Assembly: GCA_030606285.1 (NCBI GenBank)
Contig: JAUWGS010000012.1
Location: forward strand, 1 to 59,030
Direction: 5' to 3'
Source of the DNA: Planctomycetales bacterium
Lineage (GTDB): Bacteria; 4484-113
DNA length: 59,030 nt
Shown here: piece by piece, positions 37,972 to 48,055 of the stretch
Numbering within the stretch: position 1 is the first letter of the stretch
How the letters are laid out: the number at the start of each line of letters is the position of its first letter
Translations under genes and position numbers: made by a program
Notes under the pieces: model-generated
Told to the model about the DNA's origin: nothing
Databases searched by the model: none
The model's input: only the letters and a program-made list of their open reading frames with translations

Positions 37972-39444
37972 TTAGGTCTCCTCGCCTTCAGGACCGGGTG
38001 CGCCCTCGTCAGGCGATGGCGGTGGCTCAGGAGCGATGCGTAGTTGCGGCGGCTCAGGATTGCCACCTTCGCTGGCCTCCTTTGCCTTCACCAGGAAGTC
38101 GGGCAGCGACAGTCCGGCGATATCGAACAGGTTTTGCAGCGGCGGCAACGACTTCATCAGATTGGCGAAGAAGTTCGCCGTGGTGGACGGGCCGCCTTCC
38201 TTGCTGTTGCCGCTCATCGAGTCCCAGACCACGACCTTGTCGATAGCCAGGCCCTTGACCGCCTCGACCTGCGTGCTGACCAGCTCCGGCAGTTTCTCGG
38301 TAATCATCAGGAGTGCGGCGAGCCGCGCGTCTTTTCCGGCGGCGCTGACCAGCTCACGCAGACCTTCCGCACGCTTCACCAGGATCTCCCGGTTGCCGCG
38401 CGCCTGGGCGTCCAGCTTGGCGAAGATGGCGTCGGCCTGTCCGCGCGCCACCCGGCGCAGCTTCTCGGCTTCCGCCTCGGCGGCGATTTCGATACGCTGC
38501 TTCTCGATCTCCTGGGGAACGACGATGTCCGCCTTCTGAGTTGCTCGCGTACGCTCGGCACGCTGCAACTCGGCAATACGCTCGGCGACGTAGGCTTCCT
38601 CCAGCGCTTTGGCGGCCTGCACTTTCTCGGCAGCCGTGCCGCGCTTGTTCGCCTCGGCCTCCTTCTCCCGCCGGTCGGCGTTGGAGTTGGCAATCTGGAT
38701 GCGCGCCTGGTTCTCACCGTCAACGGCGTCGGCGTCCGCAGCTGCCACCCTGATGCGCTGTTCGCGCTCAGCCTCCGCCTTGCCCACCTCACCGTCGCGG
38801 AGGCGCTCGGCGACCTTCTTCTTGGCCTCGTTTATGGCCTGCGCCGCGGCTTCCTTGCCCAGCGCCTCGATGTAGAGGGACTTGTCAGTGATGTCCTTGA
38901 CGTTGACGTTGATGAGCTTCAGGCCGATCTTCTTCAGCTCGATCTCGACGCCGCCGGTGACGTTGTCCAGGAACTTGTCGCGGTCGGCGTTAATCTGCTC
39001 GATGTACATCGTCGCAATGACGACACGCAGCTGACCGAAGATGATGTCCTCGGTAATGCGCTTGATGGCTTCGTTGGACAGGCCAAGCAGACGCTCTGCT
39101 GCATTCTCCATTACGCCTATCTCGGTGGAAATACCGACCGTAAACGTGGACGGTACATCAACGCGGATGTTCTGCCGGGATAGCGCCTCGCGCAGCGGGA
39201 TGTCAATCGTTATCGGCGTCAGGTCCAGGAATTGGTAGTCCTGGATCACCGGCCAGACGAATGCCGCGCCACCGTGCAGGCACCGCGCAGAACGGCGGCC
39301 TTCCGGGCCCTGCCCTATGCGGCCGTAGATGACCATCACCTTGTCGGACGGGCACCGCTTGTAGCGCGACAGCAGCCAGGTCAGGATGAAGAATAGAAGC
39401 AGTACAAATGCTGCTATTAGACCTATGAGACCTTGTAGTGGCAT
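37972..39444 (-). CDS. Flotillin / SPFH (band 7) family protein
   Basis: 490 aa; N-terminal TM, SPFH domain, long E/A/K-rich coiled-coil, Pro/Glu-rich tail; YqiK-type. Confidence 0.85.
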   Translation of the reverse strand: MPLQGLIGLIAAFVLLLFFILTWLLSRYKRCPSDKVMVIYGRIGQGPEGRRSARCLHGGAAFVWPVIQDYQFLDLTPITIDIPLREALSRQNIRVDVPSTFTVGISTEIGVMENAAERLLGLSNEAIKRITEDIIFGQLRVVIATMYIEQINADRDKFLDNVTGGVEIELKKIGLKLINVNVKDITDKSLYIEALGKEAAAQAINEAKKKVAERLRDGEVGKAEAEREQRIRVAAADADAVDGENQARIQIANSNADRREKEAEANKRGTAAEKVQAAKALEEAYVAERIAELQRAERTRATQKADIVVPQEIEKQRIEIAAEAEAEKLRRVARGQADAIFAKLDAQARGNREILVKRAEGLRELVSAAGKDARLAALLMITEKLPELVSTQVEAVKGLAIDKVVVWDSMSGNSKEGGPSTTANFFANLMKSLPPLQNLFDIAGLSLPDFLVKAKEASEGGNPEPPQLRIAPEPPPSPDEGAPGPEGEET

Positions 39445-39445
39445 G

Positions 39446-40096
39446 TTATCCCTCGCTCCTTGTTCTCTTTACTATAAAAGTCGTGGCGTCCAGCATCTTG
39501 GTGATAACGACTTTGGTTCGGGGCGGCAGGCGCTCCGGCTCGTCGCTGACCGCCGAGACCTCGCGCATACGCCCCTGCACAACCACCTGCACCTGACCCG
39601 CAGCTTCACGCTTTGGCGGTATGGTGATATATACCGTCGCCACTTTCCCGATGGCGTTAGCGTAGCTGATGTTGCCGTAATCGCGCAGCTTGAAAATCTG
39701 CGCCATCAGCCAGAACACCATTAGCATGAAGGCGAACCCGATGGCGGTTCCTCCGATGAGGGCGATATAGGGATTCTCCAGCCACTCGTAGAAGGTGACA
39801 CCGCCCCAGCCGAAACCGACGAAGAACGCTATCAGGGTGCGCCAGGAGAGGAAGTGCAGTCCGGCATCGTGCGCCATGAAGTGGTCACTCTCAATCGAGC
39901 CCATGTCGAAGTCATGGTCGGCCACAGCGAAGTCGTGGTCGCCCACGCCGCTGACGTCGGCGTCCATATCCGTGTCCGCGTGCCCCAGCCCGATCATAGT
40001 GAGGATGAGCTGAAACACGAGCACGAAGGAGGCGCTGAAGGCAACGATGTAGAAGAACCTCAGAATCCCGGGCAGTGACGCCCACCACTCGTTCAA
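39446..40096 (-). CDS. NfeD/YqiJ-family membrane protein (flotillin partner)
   Basis: 216 aa; 4 TM helices plus C-terminal OB-fold-like segment; immediately upstream of flotillin in the same orientation. Confidence 0.7.
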   Translation of the reverse strand: MNEWWASLPGILRFFYIVAFSASFVLVFQLILTMIGLGHADTDMDADVSGVGDHDFAVADHDFDMGSIESDHFMAHDAGLHFLSWRTLIAFFVGFGWGGVTFYEWLENPYIALIGGTAIGFAFMLMVFWLMAQIFKLRDYGNISYANAIGKVATVYITIPPKREAAGQVQVVVQGRMREVSAVSDEPERLPPRTKVVITKMLDATTFIVKRTRSEG

Positions 40097-40422
40097 ATCA
40101 CGTACCCCCTTCCTCCCGGGCCTAACGAGCAGGACCCGTCTGCACTACCAGTTTACAGCATAGACGATGCCCCTGTCAAGCGCGAAGCCGCATTATTACT
40201 GGGCTCAGCGCGACCGGCGCGGGGCGGCACGGACGCACATGCCGGCTCTCAGCTGCCGGTTCACCGCAATTTCACGCCCGACGGGCCGCCATACTAGGCA
40301 AGACGGCCTGCATCGCGTAGAATAGTGGCACGCAGCGGGAGGAAGGAAGTGCGACACGAGGCGAATGTGGGCCGTGCGGCTGGCCCCAGCGGGTGCCATT
40401 ACGCCTTTAAGGGGAAGCCGAG

Positions 40423-41142
40423 ATGAGGGCGCAAGTCGTCACCTGGAACGTGCACAGCTGGCTGGACAGCAGCTTCCGGCTGCGGTTCTCCGAAATGCTC
40501 CATATTCTCAGCGGACTTCGCCCGGACGTGCTGTGCTTGCAGGAGGCACGGTGGGATCCTTCCCGGGGCGTTTATTCACCGGAAATCGCCCGGCTTCGCA
40601 GCGACCTGGAGCTTGACGGATATGCGATGTGCACGACGCATCTCAGCCCGCTCCGGCGACAGGCGGTGGGACACCTAATCCTCACGCGCCCCAGTCTCTG
40701 TAACATCCAGCATTTCGACATCGGGAGGGCGTTCCACATCCGGCGCCGACTGCTCCTGGCGGACGTCAAACTCGGCAGCGTGGAGATGACCATTGCCACG
40801 GCGCATCTCAGTCCGCTCCCCTGGCCGGCCACGCCGGGGTGGCACTGGGAATGGCTGCCGCGCCCGAGGGAAACGCGCCGGATGCTGAAGGCTCTGGCAG
40901 AGGTGGAGAAGCCGCTCGCGCTGGCGGTTGACCTCAACGCCACGCCGCAGACGGAGGATTTCGCGCGCGTGAGCGAAATGCTCGCGCCCTGCAGCACCAC
41001 CCAGATGAGCCACGTATCGGGCATGTGCCTGGATTACGTGTTCACGAGCCGCGACCTGCCAGCCTCCCACCGCCCGCTGAACCTCACCTCCAGCCCCTCG
41101 GACCACTACCCCATCGCCGCCACGCTCAAACTGCCGGGCTAG
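40423..41142 (+). CDS. Endonuclease/exonuclease/phosphatase (EEP) family protein
   Basis: VVTWNVH...DVLCLQEA N-terminal EEP signature; C-terminal SDHYP. Confidence 0.75.
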   Translation: MRAQVVTWNVHSWLDSSFRLRFSEMLHILSGLRPDVLCLQEARWDPSRGVYSPEIARLRSDLELDGYAMCTTHLSPLRRQAVGHLILTRPSLCNIQHFDIGRAFHIRRRLLLADVKLGSVEMTIATAHLSPLPWPATPGWHWEWLPRPRETRRMLKALAEVEKPLALAVDLNATPQTEDFARVSEMLAPCSTTQMSHVSGMCLDYVFTSRDLPASHRPLNLTSSPSDHYPIAATLKLPG

Positions 41143-41326
41143 CGGGCGGCGCACCTAAGGTCTCAGCCGATCTCGCCACCGAGGCGCTGAACCTCGCCGC
41201 CTTCTGGTGGCTCTTCCGCCGGGGGAACTGGAAGCGGGTCCGGGTGTGAGATGGGGGGCTTGACAGCCTATACGCCGGTATAGTATAGTTCTAACCGCCT
41301 CGGAGTCTTGCTCCCAGGAGAAACCT

Positions 41327-41740
41327 ATGCCGAATCGCAATACTCATATAGCAGGCGGGCTAATAACTGGAGCGGTGGTATCTTTCTATCTCGCCCGTAA
41401 TGAGGCACCTGACGATATGATGCTCGAAGTGCTTGGTGGTACTGCCATCGCTATATTGGCCTCGTCTCTTCCAGACCGCATTGACCCCCCAACAGGGCCG
41501 TATCATCGAAGTATTGGGCACAGTGCCTTGCTCTCCTCTGTAACGGCTCTAGCCATGGCAACTACTCTTTCTGATTGGCAACGCGCGTGCAGGGAAAGGT
41601 CGGTCGCCGCAAAGGAAGCTGGAGACAAGGTCAGCTGGTTCATCTGGCGTGTACTTGCAGGGATGCCTTGGGGATTTGTAGCAGGCTACTCCTCCCATCT
41701 CATCTTTGATGCTTTTACGGCAAGAGGCTTGCCATCCTAG
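41327..41740 (+). CDS. Membrane-bound metal-dependent hydrolase (DUF457/YdjM-like)
   Basis: 137 aa; MPNRNTHIAGGL..., HRSIGHS..., SHLIFDAFT histidine motifs; low GC. Confidence 0.55.
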   Translation: MPNRNTHIAGGLITGAVVSFYLARNEAPDDMMLEVLGGTAIAILASSLPDRIDPPTGPYHRSIGHSALLSSVTALAMATTLSDWQRACRERSVAAKEAGDKVSWFIWRVLAGMPWGFVAGYSSHLIFDAFTARGLPS

Positions 41741-41790
41741 ATGAAAATCATCTTGGCTGAGTTTCACGTGCGTAGGCTATAATTGAGACG

Positions 41791-42987
41791 ATGGCTGTTC
41801 GCACTGTTGAGCATGTGACCGTTGTCAGCTCCTACAAGAAGCCTCCTGTCAAGGACTTCGCAACAATAACCCCTAAAACACCTCTTGAAGAGCTTAACCT
41901 CAACTGGCGCGAACGAGATTTGCCAGAGAAGGTGAGAACGAAGCATGTGCATCGCCTTCATCCCTATCTGGGGAAGTACATTCCCCAACTCGTTGAAGTG
42001 TTCCTCCGAAAGTACAGGCCCACTCTTGTCTACGACCCCTTCTGCGGGTCGGGAACGACGTTAGTTGAGGCCAACACGCTAGGAATCGACTCTATAGGAT
42101 GCGATGTGTCGCAGTTCAATGTGCTCCTTTCACGGGTCAAGACAGCCAAGTATGATTTGGGCAAATTAAAGAGCGAGATACAGGACATCCTTTTCGAGAC
42201 TTCCAAGCTGCGAAAAGGGACGCTTTTCGGGATTGACACGTTCGACAGACTGGGTCCGGAGAGTGAGTATTTGAAGGAGTGGTATGCGGATCGGTCACGA
42301 AAGGAGCTCTTGTATTACAGGGAACTCATTGCCAACTATCACTATAAGGACTTGATGCGAGTTATACTCTCAAGAGCTGCACGGTCAGCAAGGCTTACCA
42401 CGCACTACGACCTTGACTTTCCTAAGAAACCGCAGACAGAACCTTACTACTGCTACAAACATGGCAGAACATGTAAGCCCGTTGAGGAAGCCTATAAGTT
42501 CCTAGCACGGTATACAGAGGATACATACCGGCGGGTGGCGGAATTTGCAGCAATCCGCACGAAAGCAGATGTAGATGTGCGTTGGACAGACTCCCGTGGA
42601 GTTGACCTACCTAAGGGTATCGACTGCGTGATTACCTCACCGCCATACTTTGGACTCATCGACTATCATGAGCAGCACAAATATGCATACGAGTTGCTTA
42701 ACCTGTCACGCTCGGATGAGGAAGAGATCGGAGCAGCTTCTAACGGACAATCTCAGAAAGCTCGTCAGCAGTATATCGAGGGAATAAACGAAGTGCTAGC
42801 GCACACTCGAAAGCATTTGAAAAGAAATGCCGTTCTGGTGATCGTCATCAATGACAAGTTCGAACTCTACGACCCGAAGCCTCTAGGATATAAATGGGAG
42901 GCCAGAATGCAGCGGCACGTGAATCGACGCACCGGCAGGCGTTCGGGTGCATTCTACGAAGACATCTTCATCTGGAGGAAGCCGTGA
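41791..42987 (+). CDS. DNA methyltransferase (N4-cytosine/N6-adenine family, SPPY motif)
   Basis: Motif I DPFCGSGTTLVEA, motif IV VITSPPYFGLIDY; low-GC islet. Confidence 0.75.
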   Translation: MAVRTVEHVTVVSSYKKPPVKDFATITPKTPLEELNLNWRERDLPEKVRTKHVHRLHPYLGKYIPQLVEVFLRKYRPTLVYDPFCGSGTTLVEANTLGIDSIGCDVSQFNVLLSRVKTAKYDLGKLKSEIQDILFETSKLRKGTLFGIDTFDRLGPESEYLKEWYADRSRKELLYYRELIANYHYKDLMRVILSRAARSARLTTHYDLDFPKKPQTEPYYCYKHGRTCKPVEEAYKFLARYTEDTYRRVAEFAAIRTKADVDVRWTDSRGVDLPKGIDCVITSPPYFGLIDYHEQHKYAYELLNLSRSDEEEIGAASNGQSQKARQQYIEGINEVLAHTRKHLKRNAVLVIVINDKFELYDPKPLGYKWEARMQRHVNRRTGRRSGAFYEDIFIWRKP

Positions 42988-43799
42988 TTGATACTAAGAC
43001 ACGCGCGAAAATCAAGGGTTATGTGGAGGGCTTTCTTCAGCACACAGTGGAACAGATACTCTCAAGGCAACGTGATAGGCAAGCTAAATTGCAGACCGGA
43101 AGGAAAGATACATCACCGGCTCACAAGCCTTTTCATCGTGCACTACTTCCGGAAGGAATCAGACGCATAAGCGAGTTCGAGAGGTCTTTTTCAACAGCGC
43201 TCGGAAGCACTTTTGAAGAGGCAGGGAAGCTTATTGCGGCTGCCACACACCAAACGGCCATAAGGGGACACAAAATATCCGGACGAGTGTCTGCTAAAGC
43301 CATCGGCCTGATTGAGGCAATCGTTGAATCCAATAAGCAGAACGGTTCGACGAAACCGTATCTTGAGTTCGTCCGACAAGTAGTGGATGCCGCCGCCGAG
43401 GATGGAGGTGAAATACGACCCGTGACCTCCGACCTATACGTGAAAACCCATTCTGGGGAGGAGTGGTATTTCGAGATAAAGTCACCAATGCCTAACAAGG
43501 GGCAGTGCCTTGAGGCTACATCGCGGCTCCTTCACATATGCGCCATCAGACATGAGCAATATCCGAAGCTACGAACGCATTTCGCGATGGGCTATAACCC
43601 TTACGGTGAGGATAAATCTGATTACAAATGGAGCTTTGCGGTGAGACATATGGATATGAAAAATCAAGTAGTTATTGGCCGGGAGTTTTGGGATTTATTA
43701 GGCGGTGAAGACACATACGACGATCTCCTATCAATCTATAACGAGGTAGGACGTGAGAAAGCTAAGTACTTACTTGATAAGTTGATGCTGAACTACTGA
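42983..43799 (+). CDS. Hypothetical protein, candidate Type II restriction endonuclease
   Basis: GTG start overlapping the MTase TGA (ccGTGAtt) with RBS ggagga; 272 aa; no motif recognised with certainty. Confidence 0.4.
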
Positions 43800-43802
43800 G
43801 CG

Positions 43803-44132
43803 CTACTCCAGCAAAGCCACCAGTGCGTCGAAAGCCTCGGTGAATTCATCATATAACTCTCGGTAAGTCCCGTCCTTGGAGCGCAGCGAGAAGAACGCGC
43901 CACCGCCGCCATTGCAATCATACTCAGAGTTAGTGTGCTTGAGTTGCCTACTGCGCCTGTCCAGTTTCAACCACTGCGTCTCCACTACACCCCCAACAAT
44001 CAAGCGAAGTTGGTGTTTACCGTCTGAAATCCGCTCCCAGATGCCATCCCGCTTGAGAATTCGTATGGCCTCTTCAGGCGTCAACTCGACCTCATCCAAG
44101 TCGATTTCATTCAGATTATTTGTCGTTGCCAT
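43803..44132 (-). CDS. Hypothetical protein
   Basis: 109 aa; convergent with the REase candidate. Confidence 0.35.
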   Translation of the reverse strand: MATTNNLNEIDLDEVELTPEEAIRILKRDGIWERISDGKHQLRLIVGGVVETQWLKLDRRSRQLKHTNSEYDCNGGGGAFFSLRSKDGTYRELYDEFTEAFDALVALLE

Positions 44133-44169
44133 GTTGCGGACCCTACCAGATTCAGGTCCGAATTCAAGG

Positions 44170-44215
44170 GTATTAGCAGGGCAATTCGTGAATTGCCCCT
44201 ACAAAGAAGGGCGAG
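44170..44215. repeat. Hairpin-CTACAR unit (exact copy of the 487-513 unit)
   Basis: gggcaattcgtgaattgcccctacaa is identical to the unit at 487-513. Confidence 0.5.
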
Positions 44216-44283
44216 GCCCCCAGGTGATACAATGATGGTGGCTCAGTCGCGCCATACAAGGCGCGAGGAGCAGGGGGAGTACG

Positions 44284-44487
44284 GTGGGAACGTTTTTTGG
44301 CTTCGTCGTCATCGCCATCGTGGTGATCTTCGCGCTCGCGGCGTTTGCGAACGCGATACGGGTATTCATCGGCGGCGAGAGTAAAGACGACCCGCACGCC
44401 AGAAAAGAAGCCCTCATGTTTGCGCTCATCGCGCTCGCGCTGGTAATCGTCGTGTTCTGCTGCTTCTTCGGCTGGCGACTCCTGTAG
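44284..44487 (+). CDS. Small membrane protein, hypothetical
   Basis: GTG start with RBS aggggga; 67 aa, two TM helices. Confidence 0.4.
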   Translation: MGTFFGFVVIAIVVIFALAAFANAIRVFIGGESKDDPHARKEALMFALIALALVIVVFCCFFGWRLL

Positions 44488-44502
44488 CGCATCTTCTGAG
44501 GA

Positions 44503-45165
44503 TTACAGCGAACGCAGCGCATTACGCGCAGCCAGGTGCGCCAGGCGGAGGGGCTCGGGCGCGATGTGGGTGGTGATGGCGCGGCGTACCAGCGCTACCG
44601 AGTCGTCCACCGAAAGGTCCGGCGGCCAGCCGGGCGAGATGAACAGCAACCTGCGCGCGCTTTTGCCCGGACGCAGCACTGCGCCCATCACTTCCGCGGA
44701 ATCCTCGCGTGTGAGCGCGCTCTCCCTTGCCGCTTCCGCGCGTAAACGCGCCCTGCCCTCCGGCAACTGCGGCTCCGGAGGCAGCGTGTAGCTCCCGCAA
44801 AGCCAGTTTTTCGCCACACCAACGGTCGTGCAGCCTGTAGCTTCGCCGAATACACAGGCTAGCCCCGCGCCGCGCGGATGGGCGACTCCCGCACCGTCAA
44901 CGAGAAACGAGACGTCGCGTGCACGCTTCGTTTTGCGCAGCAGCCTTTCCCACGCCTGCAGCATCAGCGGAAGCTCGCGCTTGGCTAGGTAGCTGGGCCG
45001 GTAGGGCTCATTGACTTCGCCGCGCACGATGATTTCGCGCTTCACGTCACATCCCTCTACGCTGATTGAGCAGACAACGATGGCGCAGACCGCTGGAGAA
45101 GGCACTTCGCAGGGATCTTTGCAAGCGATGTCGATACCCGCGATGAGGCTTTGCACGTCAAGCAT
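44503..45165 (-). CDS. nfi: Endonuclease V (deoxyinosine 3' endonuclease)
   Basis: Start revised to ATG 45165; AGIDIA, FLVDGAGVAHPRGAGLACVFGEATGCTTVGVAK motifs of EndoV. Confidence 0.8.
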   Translation of the reverse strand: MLDVQSLIAGIDIACKDPCEVPSPAVCAIVVCSISVEGCDVKREIIVRGEVNEPYRPSYLAKRELPLMLQAWERLLRKTKRARDVSFLVDGAGVAHPRGAGLACVFGEATGCTTVGVAKNWLCGSYTLPPEPQLPEGRARLRAEAARESALTREDSAEVMGAVLRPGKSARRLLFISPGWPPDLSVDDSVALVRRAITTHIAPEPLRLAHLAARNALRSL

Positions 45166-45170
45166 TCCAC

Positions 45171-46415
45171 TCACACAATCACGGTCAGCAGGTGTTTTTC
45201 GGCTATGACGTCCTCGACGATAGCCTTGTAGTCGTCGGGATAAAGGTACTTTATCGCGCAGGCGAGGTTGGAGAGCACCGCATTGCCCTCCTGCGGCACC
45301 AGCACCGACATCAGCACCGTGGAGTACCGGCACTCGCCTGGCTCCAGCAGCACGCCCTGGCCGATCCAGGGCACGACCTGCGTCTGGCTGTCGATTATCA
45401 CCGCGTAGTCGTAGCCCCGGCTGACGAAGCTGGTGGAGCAGAACTCGTCGTAGACCTGCCCCATCGCCCGGTAGTCGGTGAATGCCAGCAGCGGGAATTT
45501 CTCCATCCGCTGGTGCACCATTTCGCGCGTCCATTCGCCCTCGACGGTGATGCCGAAGTGTATCGCGTGCATCAGCGGCTGGGGCAGCTTCGTGGCGTGC
45601 GAGACCATGCGGAAGTTCTGCGGGACGCGGCCGCCGAGCGCCGCGATAATGACGTCGTAGGCGTCGCGCGCCTGGTGCGTGCCGAAATCATCGTCTATTA
45701 GCGGCTCGAAGGTCATTGTCTGCACCGCGCCGCCTTCCTTGCCGATGTCCTGGTTGCGCCGGTCGATGAACGCGACAACCTGCCGGATGCGGTCGATGTC
45801 CTTGCCGCTGTCGGCGAGCGCCCAGACGACTGCGCTCATGGCGTGCGTGTTGCACGACGGTATCTCTACGCGGCGCTCAAGCGTAAGATCCAGCACCGAA
45901 TCGGTCAGCCCGTACATAAACTGCGGGCCGAACTCGCCGATGCCGCCCTCCGCCGCGATCCCGCGCAGCGACTTGCGCGGACGTGCAGCCAGCAGGTCCT
46001 CGTACCACGCCTTGATGTCCTGGCCGGTGCAGTCAACGATGCAGCTCACGTGGGACGCGGCTTCCTCCACGGTGGTCGCCACTGGATAGCGGAAACCGTA
46101 GAATTCGGCCTCGCCGAAGCGGTTGTAGACCTCGCGGTGGACCGCCAGTTTGACGCCGTACTGCTCGCACAGGCGCGTCATCCGCCCGATGTTCTCGTCG
46201 CGCCAGCTGCGCTTGGCCATAAAGAGCTCGATGTCCGGCAGCGCCTCGCGCAGAAGCATCGTCGTGGGATACGCCACCGCGCCGGTGCCGAGCATCAGCA
46301 CCGAGAGCCCCTTGCCGGTGGGCAGCTTGCCGGTGCGCTTTGCGGGCTTCTTCGCTTTCGCCGATTTCGTTGTTTTTCCCTTGATCGCCTTCGACGTCTT
46401 CTTCGTAGCCATCAC
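45171..46415 (-). CDS. Dehydrogenase with archaeal type-II GAPDH-like features and a lysine-rich N-terminal extension
   Basis: LMLGTGAVAY dinucleotide loop; EIPSCNTHAM resembles the catalytic-cysteine SCNT motif; first 35 aa KKTSKAIKGKTTKSAKAKKPAKRTGK. Confidence 0.4.
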   Translation of the reverse strand: MMATKKTSKAIKGKTTKSAKAKKPAKRTGKLPTGKGLSVLMLGTGAVAYPTTMLLREALPDIELFMAKRSWRDENIGRMTRLCEQYGVKLAVHREVYNRFGEAEFYGFRYPVATTVEEAASHVSCIVDCTGQDIKAWYEDLLAARPRKSLRGIAAEGGIGEFGPQFMYGLTDSVLDLTLERRVEIPSCNTHAMSAVVWALADSGKDIDRIRQVVAFIDRRNQDIGKEGGAVQTMTFEPLIDDDFGTHQARDAYDVIIAALGGRVPQNFRMVSHATKLPQPLMHAIHFGITVEGEWTREMVHQRMEKFPLLAFTDYRAMGQVYDEFCSTSFVSRGYDYAVIIDSQTQVVPWIGQGVLLEPGECRYSTVLMSVLVPQEGNAVLSNLACAIKYLYPDDYKAIVEDVIAEKHLLTVIV

Positions 46416-46496
46416 ACGTCCCCCGGCGGACGCACCGCCGCCGCTGATTCTAACACCGGATATGGATTAGAGCTAACCTGCTACGCCCCGGGTCTC

Positions 46497-47558
46497 CTAT
46501 AAATTGAAGCGCACGAGGATTACTTCGCCGTCCTGCACCGGATAGTCCTTGCCCTCGGTGCGCAGCTTGCCCGCGGACTTCGCGGCGTCGGTAGACCCAA
46601 GCTCCACCAGATCCTGTGCGGCGATGACTTCCGCGCGGATAAACCCGCGCGCCAGGTCGGTGTGTATCGCCCCCGCAGCCTCAACCGCCGTTGATCCGGT
46701 CGGCACGCTCCAGGCGCGCAGTTCCTTCACATTGAAAGTGAAGAACACAATCCGGTCCATCGCCGCAAGCAGCGCCTTCTTCAGCGGCGGCACCAGCGCG
46801 CCTTCAATGCCGTAAAGCTCGCGGAACGCCGCACGTTCTTCTTCCGGTAGCTCCGCAAGCTCCGCCACCAGCGCGATGGGCAGAGGATAACAGCGAGACG
46901 CGCTAACGCTATCGCCGAGTTGGGCGCACACGCTGTCGCGAAAGCCCTTGTCGGCGTACTGCTCCTCGGTGAGGTTGACAACCACCAGCTCTGGCTTTAG
47001 CGTGAGCAGCGCGAGGTCTTTAAGCTCGTTTTTCTCCTCAGGTGACAGCTCGGCGTGCAGCGACGCCCCACCCTCCAGCAATTCAACCACGCGCGCCAGC
47101 AGCTTGTAGCGCGGATCGTCGGATGGGCGCTTGGCGACCCGCAGCTTCGTCTTAAGGTTGGAAAAGGCGCTGTCGGCGTTGGCGTAATCCAGCAGCACCA
47201 GCTCTTCGCGGAAGCTCTTGTAGTCCGCTGCGAGCTGCTGCGCTTCGGCGTTAGCCTGCAGTACAACGACCAGCAGGTCCGACTGACGGATTTCGCGGAG
47301 GATGCGGTTCACGAGCTTGGTGGGCGTGCTGCTGCCGAACCCGGGGAAGTCGTACAGCTCGACCGTGAGCGGAACGACCTTGCGTCCGCTGAGGATGCCT
47401 GCAAGCGCGGCAAGGCGCGCGTCCTCCAGCTCCACTGGCGCGACCGGCGGACTGAAGGATTCGGTCAGCATCGTTTCGCGGGGCTGCTCGCCCGAAAGCA
47501 GCGTGAACAGCCGGCTCTTGCCGGTTCCTTCCGGCCCAATTAGGCTAATCCGCAGCAT
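46497..47558 (-). CDS. YchF/Obg-family ribosome-binding ATPase-like protein with C-terminal TGS domain (divergent G1 motif)
   Basis: C-terminus GAIHTDLARGFIRAEVI...EGKDYPVQDGEVILVRFN matches the YchF TGS domain; N-terminal LIGPEGTGKS P-loop. Confidence 0.55.
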   Translation of the reverse strand: MLRISLIGPEGTGKSRLFTLLSGEQPRETMLTESFSPPVAPVELEDARLAALAGILSGRKVVPLTVELYDFPGFGSSTPTKLVNRILREIRQSDLLVVVLQANAEAQQLAADYKSFREELVLLDYANADSAFSNLKTKLRVAKRPSDDPRYKLLARVVELLEGGASLHAELSPEEKNELKDLALLTLKPELVVVNLTEEQYADKGFRDSVCAQLGDSVSASRCYPLPIALVAELAELPEEERAAFRELYGIEGALVPPLKKALLAAMDRIVFFTFNVKELRAWSVPTGSTAVEAAGAIHTDLARGFIRAEVIAAQDLVELGSTDAAKSAGKLRTEGKDYPVQDGEVILVRFNL

Positions 47559-47617
47559 AGCCGCTACCTCCCCTTTGCGTGGTGGGTCTGATTATAGCAG
47601 TGCGGGCGTCCGGCGCC

Positions 47618-47636
47618 GGGAGTTGTGATAGAATCC
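47618..47636 (+). promoter_or_regulatory. Putative extended -10 promoter for the tRNA
   Basis: ttgTGaTAGAAT about 35 nt upstream of the tRNA 5' end. Confidence 0.3.
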
Positions 47637-47671
47637 GATGCGCGATCCGCGCAAACGCGCGCGGAACATCG

Positions 47672-47747
47672 TCGGGGCGTGGCTCAGTCCGGTTAGAGCG
47701 CAGCGTTCGGGTCGCTGAGGTCGCGAGTTCGAATCTCGCCGCCCCGA
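47672..47747 (+). tRNA. tRNA-Pro (anticodon CGG)
   Basis: Cloverleaf read by hand: acceptor cggggcg/cgccccg, D-arm gctc..gagc, anticodon stem cagcg/cgctg with loop ttCGGgt, T-arm gcgag-ttcgaat-ctcgc, discriminator A, CCA not encoded. Confidence 0.85.
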
Positions 47748-47751
47748 TTGT
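47717..47751 (+). repeat. Direct repeat copy 1 (3' 35 nt of the tRNA-Pro, attL-like)
   Basis: gaggtcgcgagttcgaatctcgccgccccgattgt. Confidence 0.7.
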
Positions 47752-47854
47752 ATTTCGTTGCCCGTGGCAGCAGCGAGCCACCGGGATTGCGGGCGACTTT
47801 GCGAAGTGGATGATCTGATTTTAGAACGTAAGGGCTGATGGAGGGTCGGAACTG

Positions 47855-48055
47855 ATGGCGCGATTTACTCTTGAATACTGGAAGGATGAAGGCTGGTATG
47901 TCGGGCGGCTTAAACAAGTGCCTGGCATCTTCAGCCAGGGCGAGTCGCTCGAAGAGCTCGAAGAAAACATCCGCGAAGCCTACGCGCTGATGAGAGAAAC
48001 CGAAGCCGCGCCCGACCTCGACGTGCAGCCCGAAGAGGTTGAGATTGAAGTGTGA
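47855..48055 (+). CDS. hicB: HicB-family antitoxin
   Basis: 66 aa; YVGRLKQVPGIFSQGESLEELEENIREAYALM matches HicB; RBS ggaggg. Confidence 0.75.
   Translation: MARFTLEYWKDEGWYVGRLKQVPGIFSQGESLEELEENIREAYALMRETEAAPDLDVQPEEVEIEV

Noticed and set aside
38044-39183. 379-aa plus-strand ORF
   Set aside because: It is antisense to the flotillin gene. Its low-complexity L/G/D-rich composition mirrors the flotillin coiled-coil codons.
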